From Vitrella brassicaformis CCMP3155 (taxonomy: Eukaryota; Protista; Chromerida), in assembly GCA_001179505.1 (NCBI GenBank), contig CDMY01000309.1:63479-127478 (forward strand): a DNA stretch of 64,000 nt. The letters run 5' to 3'. Of the stretch, positions 1 through 12,355 are shown one piece after another. The notes below the pieces were generated by a model that made no database searches, was not told the origin of the DNA, and saw only the letters and a program-made list of their open reading frames with translations. How positions within the stretch are numbered: position 1 is the stretch's first letter; each line of letters opens with the position of its first letter. The translations under genes were made by a program, and so were the position numbers.

Positions 1-50
1 TCTGCTCTTTTTCGGGTCTTTCCCTCAGGGATTTCCTGCATACGCGCCAT
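1..50 (-). CDS. Possible 5' end of a gene running off the window (MARMQEIPEGKTRKRA...)
   Basis: ATG at 50 on the minus strand opens a protein-like frame to the window edge; no homology can be judged from 16 codons. Confidence 0.25.
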   Translation of the reverse strand, partial: MARMQEIPEGKTRKRA

Positions 51-380
51 TGGTGTGTTCTTCTCAGTTGCCCACACAAAATGGTCACGCCGTGACGATT
101 GGCGAACGACCGATTTGTCGGTGTCTGTGTGGGCGTCGGTATCGTGTGTGACCGGGTGAAATGGACGGTGGTTAACTTATGTGTGTGACGCGTGTGATGC
201 GTAAGTAGGTGGCTAAGTTAAAACGGACACGTCAGATGGACGAAATTGAGTATTACTCACCAAGTAATGCTGCTTACACACACAAAGAACCAGCCAATAC
301 ATCATCAATCAAGAGTTACCCACCCACACAAACCAAACACACAGACGTCCGACCACCGACACACTCCTAAACACATCTAT

Positions 381-2898
381 CTAGCCGCGGAACAGGGTGC
401 CGATAATCTTCTCCCCGACGCGTTTGGCCTTCTCCCACGTGGGCCGCCTCTCCAGATTGCGTGGATACTGCTGTCGTCTGTCGTGCCGCTCCCTGCGGGC
501 CACAATGTCGTCCGACCTGATCTGCGTGGCCTCGCTGAGGATCTGCTGAATGTCGTGCATCGGGAAGTGCTGAATCGTCTGCACACACACAGACAGACAG
601 GCAGGCAGGCAGACGGTACACCGGGAGCTTGTGTGTGTGTGTGTGTGTGTGTGTGTTAGAGCTTTACCCTGAGCACCTCCTCTGCCGCACACAGAGAGAG
701 GCACACCACACACAGACGAGACAAATGAGGGGTGACCGGCTCGCTGGTAGTTTGTCATTTTGGCCCGTTCCCTTCACCTCTGTCATGGAGACTCAGCAGC
801 TGGGACCGCAGCTCAGGCACACGCAACACAGCCACCTGCACACACACACATGCACACACACACACACACACACACACATCACGCACCATTATCACGTGCA
901 GTGGAGCGGTCTGTATTATGTCATGTGTTTCGTTCTCTCTCTGTGTCTCTTTCTCACGGCGATGTAGAAAGCCGTAGGCAGTGTCTGGAGTGATGTGTCG
1001 ATGTCTGGGATGGCTATGGGGTTGTCGGCCAGGATGGTGTCCCATATCCTTATCACATTCGGGAGCTCCATGTCCTGTGAGAAACCCAACAGCAGCCAAC
1101 GCAGCCTACAATGTACCACACACACATACGCACAGATGGCCTGTAGGGGCCCCCCGTCCATCTGTGTGCTCACACACGTACTTACATGTACAGGTGCGGC
1201 TCGATGTGCATGTGGTCGAGGTGCTGTGCGAGCTGCGGGTCCCGCTGGTGCAGCAGGCCGGCATACTGCTCCAGCGTGTCGTCGAGGGTGGCCGAGGAGC
1301 GACCGTCGAGAGCCAGAAAGAAATCCTGTATGTGTGCCGATATATCGACACATACACACGCACAGCAGTCAGTCGCCATGGTGGCCAACTGGTGTGCTAG
1401 CTTGTGTTGTTTGCTTGTGCTTATTCACCCGTTGGTGCACCATGAGTGTGACGAAGAGGAAGAAGGCCTCGGCCTCCAGCAGCAGGGGGTCCTCATCGTG
1501 GGCCTGACAAACACACACACACACACAGACACAACACACACAGATACACGCAATGATAAATGGATGCGTGGCGTTGGTTGGTGTCAGTCACGTCACAAGT
1601 ATTGCAATGCATACCGACCGACCAGGGGGTCAGAGTGCACCACGAAGTAGAGGACGGCCAGCAACTCTGCACACACAGACAGACTGCCTGTGTCTACGAC
1701 TCAATCCTGCAAGCCGTATCGGTTTCCGCCACGGAATCGCAATCAATCGTACCTACCATTCATCCCCTGTATGTAGCCGAGAGCAGGGTTCAGCCTGTCA
1801 GTCAGACCACACACAGCACAGGGCAACCAGGACTGTTGGTGTGCGGTGCGCCAGGCAACCCCCCACCCACCTGGCATAGACGAAGAGAATCCTACTCATC
1901 CTATCCACATGGCTGCTGGGGCGGGTCAGCCGCTCCACGAAACTCACTGGACCTGGCCCCGACGCCGCACCATTGCTCGTCGCTGCTGCTGATGTTCCTG
2001 CAGCGGTGTGCCCATCAGCAGCAGCGTCAGATCCACCGTTGGCCGACCCCTGGGAGTCAGGCAGTGACCATGACTCGCTTCGAAAGAATGCCAGATCCGT
2101 GCTGCAGACACAAAAGAATGCATGTCATCATCCAGGTCATGGGATGCGGTGTGGTGTGGTGTGGCAGCCAGGCCTCACCGTGTCCTTGACACATCCTTGA
2201 CAATGGTGCCGAACAGCTCGCTGCCCTCAAACAGCCGATGCCACGCTCCCTGGCGGTCACGGTTGAGCGGATGGTCGCTCGCTGGCCGGGACTCGGACAG
2301 CGATGCCCTGCCCTCCCTGATGCTGTGGGCTGAGGCGGCGTTGGCATCTCTGGGCCCGCCGACTTGTGCCTTCTGCATGATGTTTGGGTCTATGCAGTCG
2401 TTGATGTAGCCCTCGTACTTGTCACGAGTGGACCTGAGCTCGTCAGGCCACCTCTCGGTGTGCTTCCGCACAAACACACACAGACGAATTACAGGCAGGC
2501 AAAGTGAGGCGGTTAGCTTCTTGTGTTGGGCTTACTGGTGAGAGCACACCCAGTAGAACTGAAGGGACAGAGTGATACATACATGAATGCTATCAATCCG
2601 TGCGTGCGTTTGCCTGTGTGTTCTGCCCTGCTGTGAGTGATGTTCACTTACTCATCCAGTAAATCTTGCGCAGCGGCGTGACGTCGGGAAGGCCATAGAA
2701 GCACACAGATCTCACTTGTTCGAGGGAGAGCGTCCCTGGCATGGTCAGCAGGGACACTGCCACCTCAAGCTTCTCCGCCGCAGCGCTGCTCACCGCATTC
2801 CTCCCCGCCTGCAAACTCTCGACGAATGCTTGCAGCCTGGCCAGCGAATGGGATGCTGGGAAGGCCTGCTGGCCTCCAGCTCTGCCGGAAAATGCCAT
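381..2898 (-). CDS. TBC-domain Rab GTPase-activating protein (TBC1D13-like), multi-exon
   Basis: Exons give VRSVCFYGLPDVTPLRKIYW-MILLG, LFGTIVKDVSRTR (IxxDxxRT arginine-finger motif), LLHQRDPQLAQHLDHMHIEPHLY, SQDMELPNVIRIWDTIL and C-terminal LQHFPMHDIQQILSEA...; GT-AG introns; stop at 381-383. Confidence 0.88.
626..656. repeat. (TG)n microsatellite, representative of many intronic CA/TG, GTCT, GAGT and ATGG tracts across the window
   Basis: Direct reading; similar tracts at ~840-880, 22540-22630, 27880-27900, 33750-33780 and 48670-48695. Confidence 0.95.
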
Positions 2899-3291
2899 CA
2901 GAAGGGCGGGTACATGGGTCGTCAGCAAGAGAGGCGCATCGTCCGATCTGTGTGCACGTCTAAGCTCGCAGGGCTTGAAACCCTGCGACCGCGGAGCTGA
3001 GGTTTTTTCCCATTGCACGTGCCCATGAAGGCTGCTGCCGTGCTCATCTGAGTCCTAGTGAGACGGGAGGGGAAGCTCCCAGCGCAAATACTACAGAGTG
3101 CTGCCCCACCGCCCTCATGAATACGCTCCCCGGAGAGCACACGAGGCTGCGACCCCTGTAGGCAAGAGGACGGACGACGCAAGGATGCATGCCCTTCACG
3201 CTGTTTGTGATGCAGAAAGGAAAGAGAGCGCGGCCGTCGCAGCCGCGCTGCCAACATCGCCTCTCCCCACGTGCACCGCCAAAGACGCCCG

Positions 3292-3904
3292 ATGTCCACT
3301 CCGGCCGGCCTCACACGGCAGCGAGCCACCGACAGGGTAAGGAGCATCACTAGGAAACGTGCTGTGTCATTGTGCTGTCTGTCTGCTTTGGCACAATGCA
3401 GAGGCTGCCAGCCACAGGAGGGGTACCGCTGACTTGGGAAGGGGTAAGATACGAGCTGCTCCGCATCGAGAAACAGCAGCATCAGCAGACGGGAGGACCG
3501 AACACCCAACAGGGAGGTAGGCAACGTAGCACCAACACACACGAGAGACGAGGGGAGGGGAGGCAGAGCAACGACAGATTGAGCACACCCCCTGTTGGTC
3601 TTTCAGGCGGTATGAAGCTCCAGCCGGCTGGCCGTTCTCCTCGTGCTCGTAGCGGCGGCAATGGGCGCGGCAGCCGTCGTGGCGGCGGAGGGTCCAAGAG
3701 CCCTCGTGGCCCAGGCGGCCGACCTAGTGTCGCACGCAAGCCGTCCAAGCAACTGCCACAGCGACAGCAGCAGAGACAACAGAAATGGTCGCTTCCGCCG
3801 ACACAAGCTGGGTAGGACCGGGAGAGAAGCAGGGGACACGTGTACATGTCTGTGTTCCTCTCCTTCCCGTCTGAAGGCCAAGGGCAAGAAGACAAGGCGA
3901 TTGA
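3292..3904 (+). CDS. Hypothetical small basic Gly/Arg/Gln-rich protein
   Basis: Exons near 3292-3336, 3400-3517, 3608-3811 and 3877-3904 splice in frame by eye (MSTPAGLTRQRATDR-RLPATGGVPLTWEGVRYELLRIEK...GMKLQPAGRSPRARSGGNGRG...). No family recognised and other frames are possible. Confidence 0.3.
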
Positions 3905-4103
3905 TTGTGGTCCTCGAGACCATAAACGAAGAGACGGGCAACAGACATTTGCCTGCTTGGTTGGGATGGCTTGCTGGGCGTCCAAGAGAGTCCGAAGACT
4001 GAAGGCGAGTGCCGTGATGTGGTTTCATGTGTGGTGCCAAAGTGGTGTCGGTGTGTTTTTGTGTGTGGGCTTTGAGCCTATTCCTTAAGACCCTCGGCAG
4101 TGC

Positions 4104-6180
4104 TCAATGTTCCTTGCGGACAAACTTGAATGTATGCAACTCAGCACCGAAGAGGCACATCGGTCTGATACACGACTTGACGATATAAAATGCAGCCAGC
4201 AATTGTTCGCCAGACATCGATTGCCACACACAGACACGCACCTGCAGCGGTGAGTACTCTCTCTCTACTGTCATCACTGCCTCACCAGTCGCTTGAGCGG
4301 TATCAGCAATGAAGTTGCTCACTTCTGGTCCCACTGGAGGAGGCAGGAGGGCGATTGGAGGCAGGAGAGGAGGGGGTGGCGTCATGTGGTCGGCCGAGGG
4401 GGGTGGGGGGTGGGGGGAATGGTCGGTCAGGGGCCAGCGCGTGTGAAATCTGCTGAACAAACAAACAAAAGAAGGGAGATGAATCCAGCAGATGGAGAGA
4501 CCATCAAGATTCCTGCCTGTCTGACCTTAATGTTTCTCGAGGGCATCTCGTTCGCTCTGGCAGCCGCCTCGTTGGGTCATCGACAGAGGCCAGAGAGGCC
4601 GTGGATTGCCGACAGCATCACGCACCACACCATGCCACTGCCGCAGCACACGCCTGGCGAGCATTGTCCTCCACACCTCCGGATCCCCGATGGCAAACCC
4701 GCCCTGAACGAGGCACTCGGCCGCCTGAGAAAACAACCAAAAGTGTACCACTCGGGCACTTGCCGGCAGATCTCTTCCCCCTTTTTGTGGCGTACCTGAG
4801 TGTACCAGTCACTCGCGCCGGGCTGTCGGCTACGTTCGTACATGGCGCCAAAGAAAGGGAGGTACTCCTGCGGCTTGAGACCCTGTGGCACCAAGATTTC
4901 GTCCCGGGTCCGGCGAGCCAATGCCACCGGCGCAGACACCAGCCGCCACGGCAGGACCTATAGAAACAAACATGGATTCATACGATACTACGCATTGCCT
5001 TGCTCCCTTATATCCACCACTCGCGCTTACCGCGTGGTGTGTTGTAGTGGTCTTGTAGCCAGGCTAGCACCTTGGGCGGATACGAGACACGCAGGAGGTT
5101 GATTGTGGGAGACCACTTGTGCACAATCTGTACAGTACAGATGACTTGTGCACACATCCAGGAATCGACGCCATGCAAATCATCTGTTGCCGCCCTTGCG
5201 TACCGTCACTGACTGCTGTGCTGCGGGGGTCACCAGCAAACACCACCCACCAGTCCTGCTCCTTCATCTCTGGCAGCTTGTCCACCAGCGGCCGCAATAT
5301 GTCATGATCAGCCTCGCCGGGCACCTCGGGTGGTGCGACCACAATATTATGGCGGCCGCGGAACCACTACACGCAACGCACACACACACACACACACACT
5401 GACAGGAGAGACATACAGATGCCTCTCCGTCCGTCCATCTGCATGTCTCTCCTGTCAGTCTGGGCGACTTACTTGACGAGTTCATTGCTGCCCCTGTCGA
5501 CCCGTGATGAAAGACACGGATGGAATCTGTATACCGACAAGACAAACATCATGATGCACAGGTAGATACGCAGGTCTCCGTGTGTGTGTTTGTGTCGTCA
5601 ATCCACCCACCCACCTGCTGGCGAGCCGGTAAAGAGCGAGAACGGCGTCCGCCGGCCGAGCGTCGCCTTCTGTCCAAACAGCCAGACCTCGAATAATCCC
5701 GGCTTGAAAAAGATCAGAGAGATCGATAGCAGCTACCGTCGGTAGGCACATGAAACGCAGGCAACGCCCCCCCTCCCGCTCCTGAAGGCTCAGCCTGATG
5801 ATCTTGAACAGCTCGTCTGGGGGTGCCGGCAGCGCGAGGTTATCACTGATACGTGCACAGCGAGATCGATGTAGTCCACGATCCGATGGATATAAAATGC
5901 AGACAGCGATCGTAACCACACATACAGCCGGACCCGCAGCTCGGGGCAGGGCTGCGGGCCCCATATCGTCACCAACCGCGTATGAATATCCATCTGCAGA
6001 CAGGCAGGAAGGTAAAACACACCAGACACACCCATCATGCATTCACACACGTATGGATCTGTGGAGGCATCTGCTCACTCGTAGTTGTAGTCGGCGCGTG
6101 TGTGGATGACGTCACCCGTGAAGTTAAGATAGTCTATGATATGCGGCAGGTAGTAGTCCAGACGGAGGGTCTGCAGGGAC
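4104..6180 (-). CDS. Hypothetical multi-exon protein
   Basis: Protein-like minus-strand segments separated by CA-repeat introns (TLRLDYYLPHIIDYLNF; LALPAPPDELFKIIRLSL; PEVPGEADHDILRPLVDKLPEMKEQDWWVVFAGDP; Pro-rich ...EVSNFIADTAQATGE; EQLLAAFYIVKSCIRPMCLFGAELHTFKFVRKEH*). Exon joining is uncertain. Confidence 0.45.
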
Positions 6181-6329
6181 CAAGAGACACAACAAACACA
6201 TCCATTACGCGTCGATGGCTGCACGTACTCGTCTGTGCATATTGGATGGATGGATGCACTGCTATCTGCTCATTCACAACTTACCACGTGTGTGTTGCTG
6301 TAATGGTGGCGGGCCGAGAAGTGAATGAC

Positions 6330-9300
6330 CCACCTATAGCAATCCCTATGGTCCCGGAATGACAGCCCCGCCACCGTATAGCCCGTCCTCACAATGATGG
6401 CGTTTGTGGGGACGGGCGTGGTGGCAGGGTTGGTGCCGCAAACTCCATCCTGTTGGCTATTCGGAAGCCATCTGAGGGCGGCATGGCGCCTCAGTACTCC
6501 TGCCGGCGGCTCCGGACCGGCGGATGTTTTTTTTTCTTTTGTGAGGGGGAGGGGCGGGGGGGACGGAGCGGGCGCAGACTCGTCAAATCAGGCGGAGATT
6601 AGCTGATTCTGACGATGCCGGCGAATGCGGCGCGCGATCCACTCGACCTGATCACGCAAACACGGCGATTGGGCAGCCGGACACCGCAATTGGGCCACCG
6701 TATAGCCCGTCCTCACAGCGATGAAACGCTTCTCTGGTGGCAAAGGTGGTTCTCTCAGTCAGGACGTGTCAGTGGGAGGGAAATCCACTCATCAGAATAT
6801 AAAATGTAGGCAGCAATCGACATGTCTACATCGACAAGGACAACAGGGAGACATAACATAGCGAGAACCTTTTCTAGAATTCGGCTGTCGTTACTGTTCT
6901 TTTGCCTCGAAATCTGCCTGCATCTGCCGGAACTTGAGATGTCATAATGTGCCGCACCTGCTCCCGTGAGCGTCCCATCGAGCAGCTCTCTTCGAAGAGC
7001 GAGCTCTTGTTATGGAGAATGCGGTGCGCGCAGTCGATCTGTACACACATATATACACATCGATCCCACCCCATTAAAATGTTCAATCAATAGATAGGTG
7101 TCGCGTCGTGTTGCACTTGCCCGGAAGTAGAGTCTCCCCTGCGAAGGCTCAGCATGGATGTGATAAGCATGACGACCAATGGACTGAAGCTGCACATGAC
7201 ATACACCAGCCAATTTTGTGTCAGAGAGGGGGAGTGCCTACATTGCACTGCTTACGTCTAGCTGACATGGCACGGCACACACCGCACGCATTCCATGTGC
7301 ACTTACTTCGGCTCAGTGATTGTTTTCGTTTTCGTGTGAACGTGATCGTTTGCTGCTGCGGGCTGGTCCTTTCCTCAGGCAGTGGTGAGACGGCAACGGT
7401 GATGGGCGCGTCGATCGACGGATTGCTCTCCTTGCTTCTGCTTGCACCTTCGATCAGGACACTTTGCGCTTCTTGCTCCGCGTGTGGTACCGATGCGTCG
7501 GCTCAGCAGCAGCAGGCAGGGTGGTCTGCTGGCCGGTGGGGATGTGGGGCGCCGCACACACCACGGCAACAACAATAAGGCATCCGTATAGCCATCTGTC
7601 CATGTGTGTGTGGTGTGGCGTACCGTGTTTTGGCTCGCCCGCCACATCCTTCACGTCGAAGGCGTTGCTGTTGGCCTTGCGCGTGGTCGTCACGGCCGCA
7701 CCGGCCCCCGCAGCTGCGTTGCACACATCACACACACACACAGACACACGTGAGAGAGAGGCGCAAGCACCGTGTGTCTGTTGTGTGTGTGGCGGCTGAC
7801 CCTTTGAGGCGTCGGCATCGATCTCCTCATCCTCCGCATCCGCCGTGAGCTTCAACCCCCCCACACGCTCCCCGGGCGGCAGGAATTGCCACTTAGGGGT
7901 CGCCCGGTGCTCGAGCTTCACACCAGACACATTCTGGCCAGGACCCGTGTGGCCACAAGTGGTTGTTGCTGCTTCCAATCCTGGAAGGACTGTTCGCCCC
8001 GCCGCTCCNNNNNNNNNNNNNNNNNNNNNNNNNNNNNNNNNNNNNNNNNNNNNNNNNNNNNNNNNNNNNNNNNNNNNNNNNNNNNNNNNNNNNNNNNNNN
8101 NNNNNNNNNNNNNNNNNNNNNNNNNNNNNNNNNNNNNNNNNNNNNNNNNNNNNNNNNNNNNNNNNNNNNNNNNNNNNNNNNNNNNNNNNNNNNNNNNNNN
8201 NNNNNNNNNNNNNNNNNNNNNNNNNNNNNNNNNNNNNNNNNNNNNNNNNNNNNNNNNNNNNNNNNNNNNNNNNNNNNNNNNNNNNNNNNNNNNNNNNNNN
8301 NNNNNNNNCCACCCATAATACTCCCTATGGTCCCGGAATGACAGCCCCGCCACCCTATAGCCCGTCCTCACAATGATGGCGTTTGTGGGGACGGGCATGG
8401 TGCCAGGGTGGAGTTGGTGCCGCAACTCCACCCTGTTGGCTATTCGGAAGCCATCTGAGGGCGGCATGGCGCCTCAGCACTCCTGCCGGCGGCTTCGGAC
8501 CGGCGGATGTTGATTTTCTGTGAGGGAGGGGCGAGGGGGACGGGGGATTGAGGAAGGGGGATGCGGGCGTCGCACAACTGGACGCGAACTCGTCAAACAG
8601 GCGAGAATTTAGCTCTTTTGACGATGGCGGCCGAAGCGGGGCGCGATCCACTCGACCTGATCACGCAAACACAAACATTCATTCGAGTCGTGACTTATCG
8701 TACCTCTCTGACGCCATTGCATCGATGCCGAACATTCCGGCAGACACCACACGCATACCAAGAGCTCTGTAGTCGCTATGTGCACTTGCTTCAGTTGAGT
8801 GATTGTTTTCGTGTGAACTTGATCGTTTGCTGTTGCGGGCTGGTGCTTTCCTCAGGCAGTGGTGGGACGGCGACGGTGATGGGCGCGGCGTCGATCGACG
8901 GATTGCTCTCCTTGCTTCTGCTTGCACCTTCGATCAGGACACTTTGCGCGTCTTGCTCCGCGTGTGGTACCGGTGCGTCGGCAGCAGGCAGGGTGGTCTG
9001 CTGGCCGGTGGGGATGTGGGGCGCCGCACACACCACGGCAACAACAATAAGGCATCCGTATAGCCATCTGTCCATGTGTGTGTGGTGTGGATGTGGCATA
9101 CTTGAGCCACTTGTCGAGGACCACGCCCGCCACATCCTTCACGTCGAAGGCGTTGCTGTTGGCCTTGCGCGTGGTCGTCACGGCCGCACCGGCCCCCGCA
9201 GCTGCGTTGCACACATCACACACACACACAGACACACGTGAGAGAGAGGCGCAAGCACCGTGTGTCTGTTGTGTGTGTGGCGGCTGACCCTTTGAGGCGT

Positions 9301-9498
9301 CGGCATCGATCTCCTCATCCTCCGCATCCGCCGTGAGCTTCAACCCCCCCACACGCTCCCCGGGCGGCAGGAATTGCCACTTAGGGGTCGCCCGGTGCTC
9401 GAGCTTCACACCAGACACATTCTGGCCAGGACCCGTGTGGCCACAAGTGGTTGTTGCTGCTTCCAATCCTGGAAGGACTGTTCGCCCCGCCGCTCCTC
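6330..9498. repeat. Local duplication around an assembly gap: ~6330-6670 resembles ~8309-8670, and ~7300-8008 resembles ~8790-9498
   Basis: Direct reading: the stretch ending ...GGAAGGACTGTTCGCCCCGCCGCTCC occurs at 7980-8008 and ~9470-9498; CCCTATGGTCCCGGAATGACAGCCCCGCCACC occurs at ~6345 and ~8323; the ORF track shows duplicated peptides. Confidence 0.9.
8009..8308. other. Assembly gap (300 N)
   Basis: Run of N. All three gaps in the window are exactly 300 N, so this is probably a placeholder size. Confidence 0.99.
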
Positions 9499-10420
9499 AG
9501 CCTGATGAAGGCAAGTCACCACACATGGACAGCGGCAAACACAAAAGGGTGGATGCGGTGCCCTTGTGTGTCAATGGTGTGTGGTCGGTAGCTTACCTCG
9601 ACAGCTGCCGTCACCCTCGGCCGCTTCTTGCCGGCGCCCGCCTGGTAGTTCTTCTTTCGCGCCTTTCCTCGTCGGGCTCAGTGTCCGCCGCCCTCTTGTT
9701 GTTGCTGGCGGCCTTGCCACGACCAACACCAAGTCACCTGCACGACACAAAGAGAGAGAAGGCGGACAAAGCGATCAACACACACATGTGGATGTGTGTG
9801 TGCCAACCAGCATTCGAGTCGCCCACCCGCCCGCCTTGCTGCTGATGCTCGAGGCGGGGGAGAGACCGCGCCGGGGGAGGGTGAGAGGGCTGAGTTCGCC
9901 CAGCTGCCGCTGCACCTGTCCCAGCGGTGTGACAGGGGTGCCTGTCTGCGAGTGGAGGGACGGGGTCGAGGATGCTCGGGGGTGGAGGGGCGGAGGGAGC
10001 CGGATGACGAGGGAAGGAGACTGGCAGGGCGACGGCACCAGCGACGGCGGCACCGGCAGCAGCTCAGGCGTCGTGAAGCCTGCAGTAGAGCCAAAGGAAC
10101 ACAGAATGCATGCATGCATGAGTTGATGCTTCGAAAGGAAGGGGGTGCAGTCCTTGAATGAATTGTCGGGGTGTCCCGTCTTATCTGCCTTGGCCTACCT
10201 GTGGCCTCGCGAGCAGGGCATTAGTCGACAACGCCATCCAGACGCGGCTGCATTGCCCTCGAGGGCGGCGGTGGCTGTGTGAGGCGAGGGATGAGGGCGA
10301 ACATAGGCAGCCTCTTGAAAGGGGAGCATCCCCAGGTCGACGTAGAAGCGGCTCACCATCACGGTTTTGTAGTGCTTCGGAAAACTGCAAAAAAAAAAAG
10401 CTCGCCGTCTCCTCGTCTCC
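8790..10420 (-). CDS. Hypothetical Pro/Ser/Thr-rich low-complexity protein (3' part duplicated at ~7300-8008)
   Basis: Minus-strand open segments (GFTTPELLPVPPSLVPSPCQSPSLV...; GLKLTADAEDEEIDADASK; AEQDAQSVLIEGASRSKESNPSIDAAPITVAVPPLPEE) separated by intron-like CA repeats; no domain recognised. Confidence 0.4.
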
Positions 10421-10438
10421 ATATCTCGACGCAAAAAA

Positions 10439-12137
10439 ATGGCCCTTCCCTCCCCCTCTTCTCTTCTCCTTTTTGCTCTGCTCGCATCAGCGACGGCACG
10501 TCTTCCCCTGAAGCACCTCCATCGGCATAACCTGTCCTTCCACGAGCTGGTACCAACACGATACGTTCAACACTTCCCCCAAACAACCGAGCCCTCTAAT
10601 GCGCCGCCTCTCGCCACGGTGCTGAACGATGTGTATGCCAGAGTGTATGGCAGGGCTCTTATTCCGCCCCGGCCCAGATACTCGCCAGAGCGCATCGATT
10701 TCCTGCCGTATTTGAAAACGCCGTCTGGAGTGCTGCCCATCAGTGATTTTGGGGGCGACCCGACAGGCAAGAACGACAGCAGTGCTGCGTTTGAGAGAGC
10801 CATCGATGCGGCGCTGCCACTGTGGAACGGCCGTCACTTGGCAGAGGGCATTAAAGACCTTGGTGGCGCGACACTGACGCTCGACGGTGGAATCTATCTC
10901 ATCTCCCGGCCGCTATATATCCCGGGTGGCTATGGCAACATGGTGCGCAAGAGGAGTGGACCACACACATAGATACATGCTGAATGATGGCATACAAGCA
11001 AAGGGAGTGCGTGTGTTTGCTTTCAGCACTGGAGGGATGGCAGCATCGTGGCGTCCGAGAGCTTCCCTGCCGACGGCTTCATCATCACTGTAGGCGCCTC
11101 GCCTGCGCCACACTTCGACACCGAGACTGCGACGCAGGCGAGGCGCCTACAGATTGGCGACCGCAATCAGTTCATGTCATTCTCGGACCTCTATGTCGAC
11201 GGAAGGGATACAGCGAGCGGCGTGCTGCGGTTCACGCACACAATTGGGGCAGTGGTTGGCCCTGCCAACCTCTTCATCGGCTTTCACGATGCGGGAGTTC
11301 TGATTGAGGGCGGTCACGAGGTAGGCGACACCGCATACAGACGGACACACAGGATATTCAGCTCGTGTCTCATGTGTTCAGATCAACATCTTTGAGTCAT
11401 AGCTGGGTCAGTTCTTCTTCGGCGATCCGCGGAAGCCATCACAGCAGACGGCCGCCGCGATTCGGCTGCTCGGCAACGACCACGTGTTGAGAGATGTGGT
11501 GATCTTCAGCGCTAAAATTGGCGTGGAAGACCGCGCAGGCGCCAACACCCATACAGGCGTACACAGTTGGAATGGCAGCGGGACGGCCATGTTGGTCACG
11601 GGCTACTCGACACGCATCCTGGACTCATACCCCGACTTCAACAGTATTATCGTGCAGAATCCGAATGCAGTGACCATCACTGGCGGCTTCTTCCTGGGCG
11701 GCGCCCAGATCATCCTCAGAGCCCACGGCAGCGAGCCGACATGCAAGGGCCTGCTCGTGAGGGACAACCAGTTCTCATACACCGATAGAGACACGGTGCG
11801 AGTTGAGGGCAACTTCACGAAAGTCGTCGACACATTCGTCGGCGCGTCCACCATCGGCCGCTCGGCTAAGCTGAAAACCACAAGAGCAGTGCGGCAGCTG
11901 CACAAAGAGAATGCGACCGAATGGCTCTTCGATTTCAGTGATGTGCTGGTATCCCCGTCGATTGCTCGTGTCATGTATTCGATGGAGATTGAGGGGGACG
12001 GTGTTTTTGTGCGTCATGCATCGAGGCCTGCCGACGGGAACAGGGTGCGTGTGGAGACGGATGTGGCCGTGACGGCGACAGTGATTATGGAAGTCGACCA
12101 AAGCGAACTGTTGCAGGGAGGGGTCATGAATGTGTGA
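10439..12137 (+). CDS. Secreted pectin-lyase-fold protein, QRT3 (QUARTET3) polygalacturonase-like; in-frame TAG at 11400-11402 or alternative acceptor
   Basis: Signal peptide MALPSPSSLLLFALLASATA; DFGGDPTGKNDSSAAF, GIKDLGGATLTLDGGIYLISRPL, GGHE, LLGNDHVLRDVVIFSAKIGV match motifs recalled from plant QRT3. Exons ~10439-10942, 11027-11320, 11382(or 11403)-12137. Confidence 0.8.
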
Positions 12138-12355
12138 ACACTGTACTGGATTGTTGATGGTGTCTCTGTGTGCGTGTGGTGTGTGGCGTGACCTTGGACT
12201 AATGACATGGCTGCTCGGTGCCATTTGTCAAGCAACTGAACACAGTTCAATAAGAGTAGAATTCTGTCTGTCGTTGTCTCACGATCAGAGACGGCCCCAT
12301 CCACACACACACACACACACATCCCTCCCTTCCTTTGTACACCTACTGCACTGCA

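Noticed and set aside
7454-8467. Long ORFs spanning the N runs (also 31588-32172 and 43096-44449)
   Set aside because: Their lengths are artefacts of translating N as X; gap size and frame are unknown.
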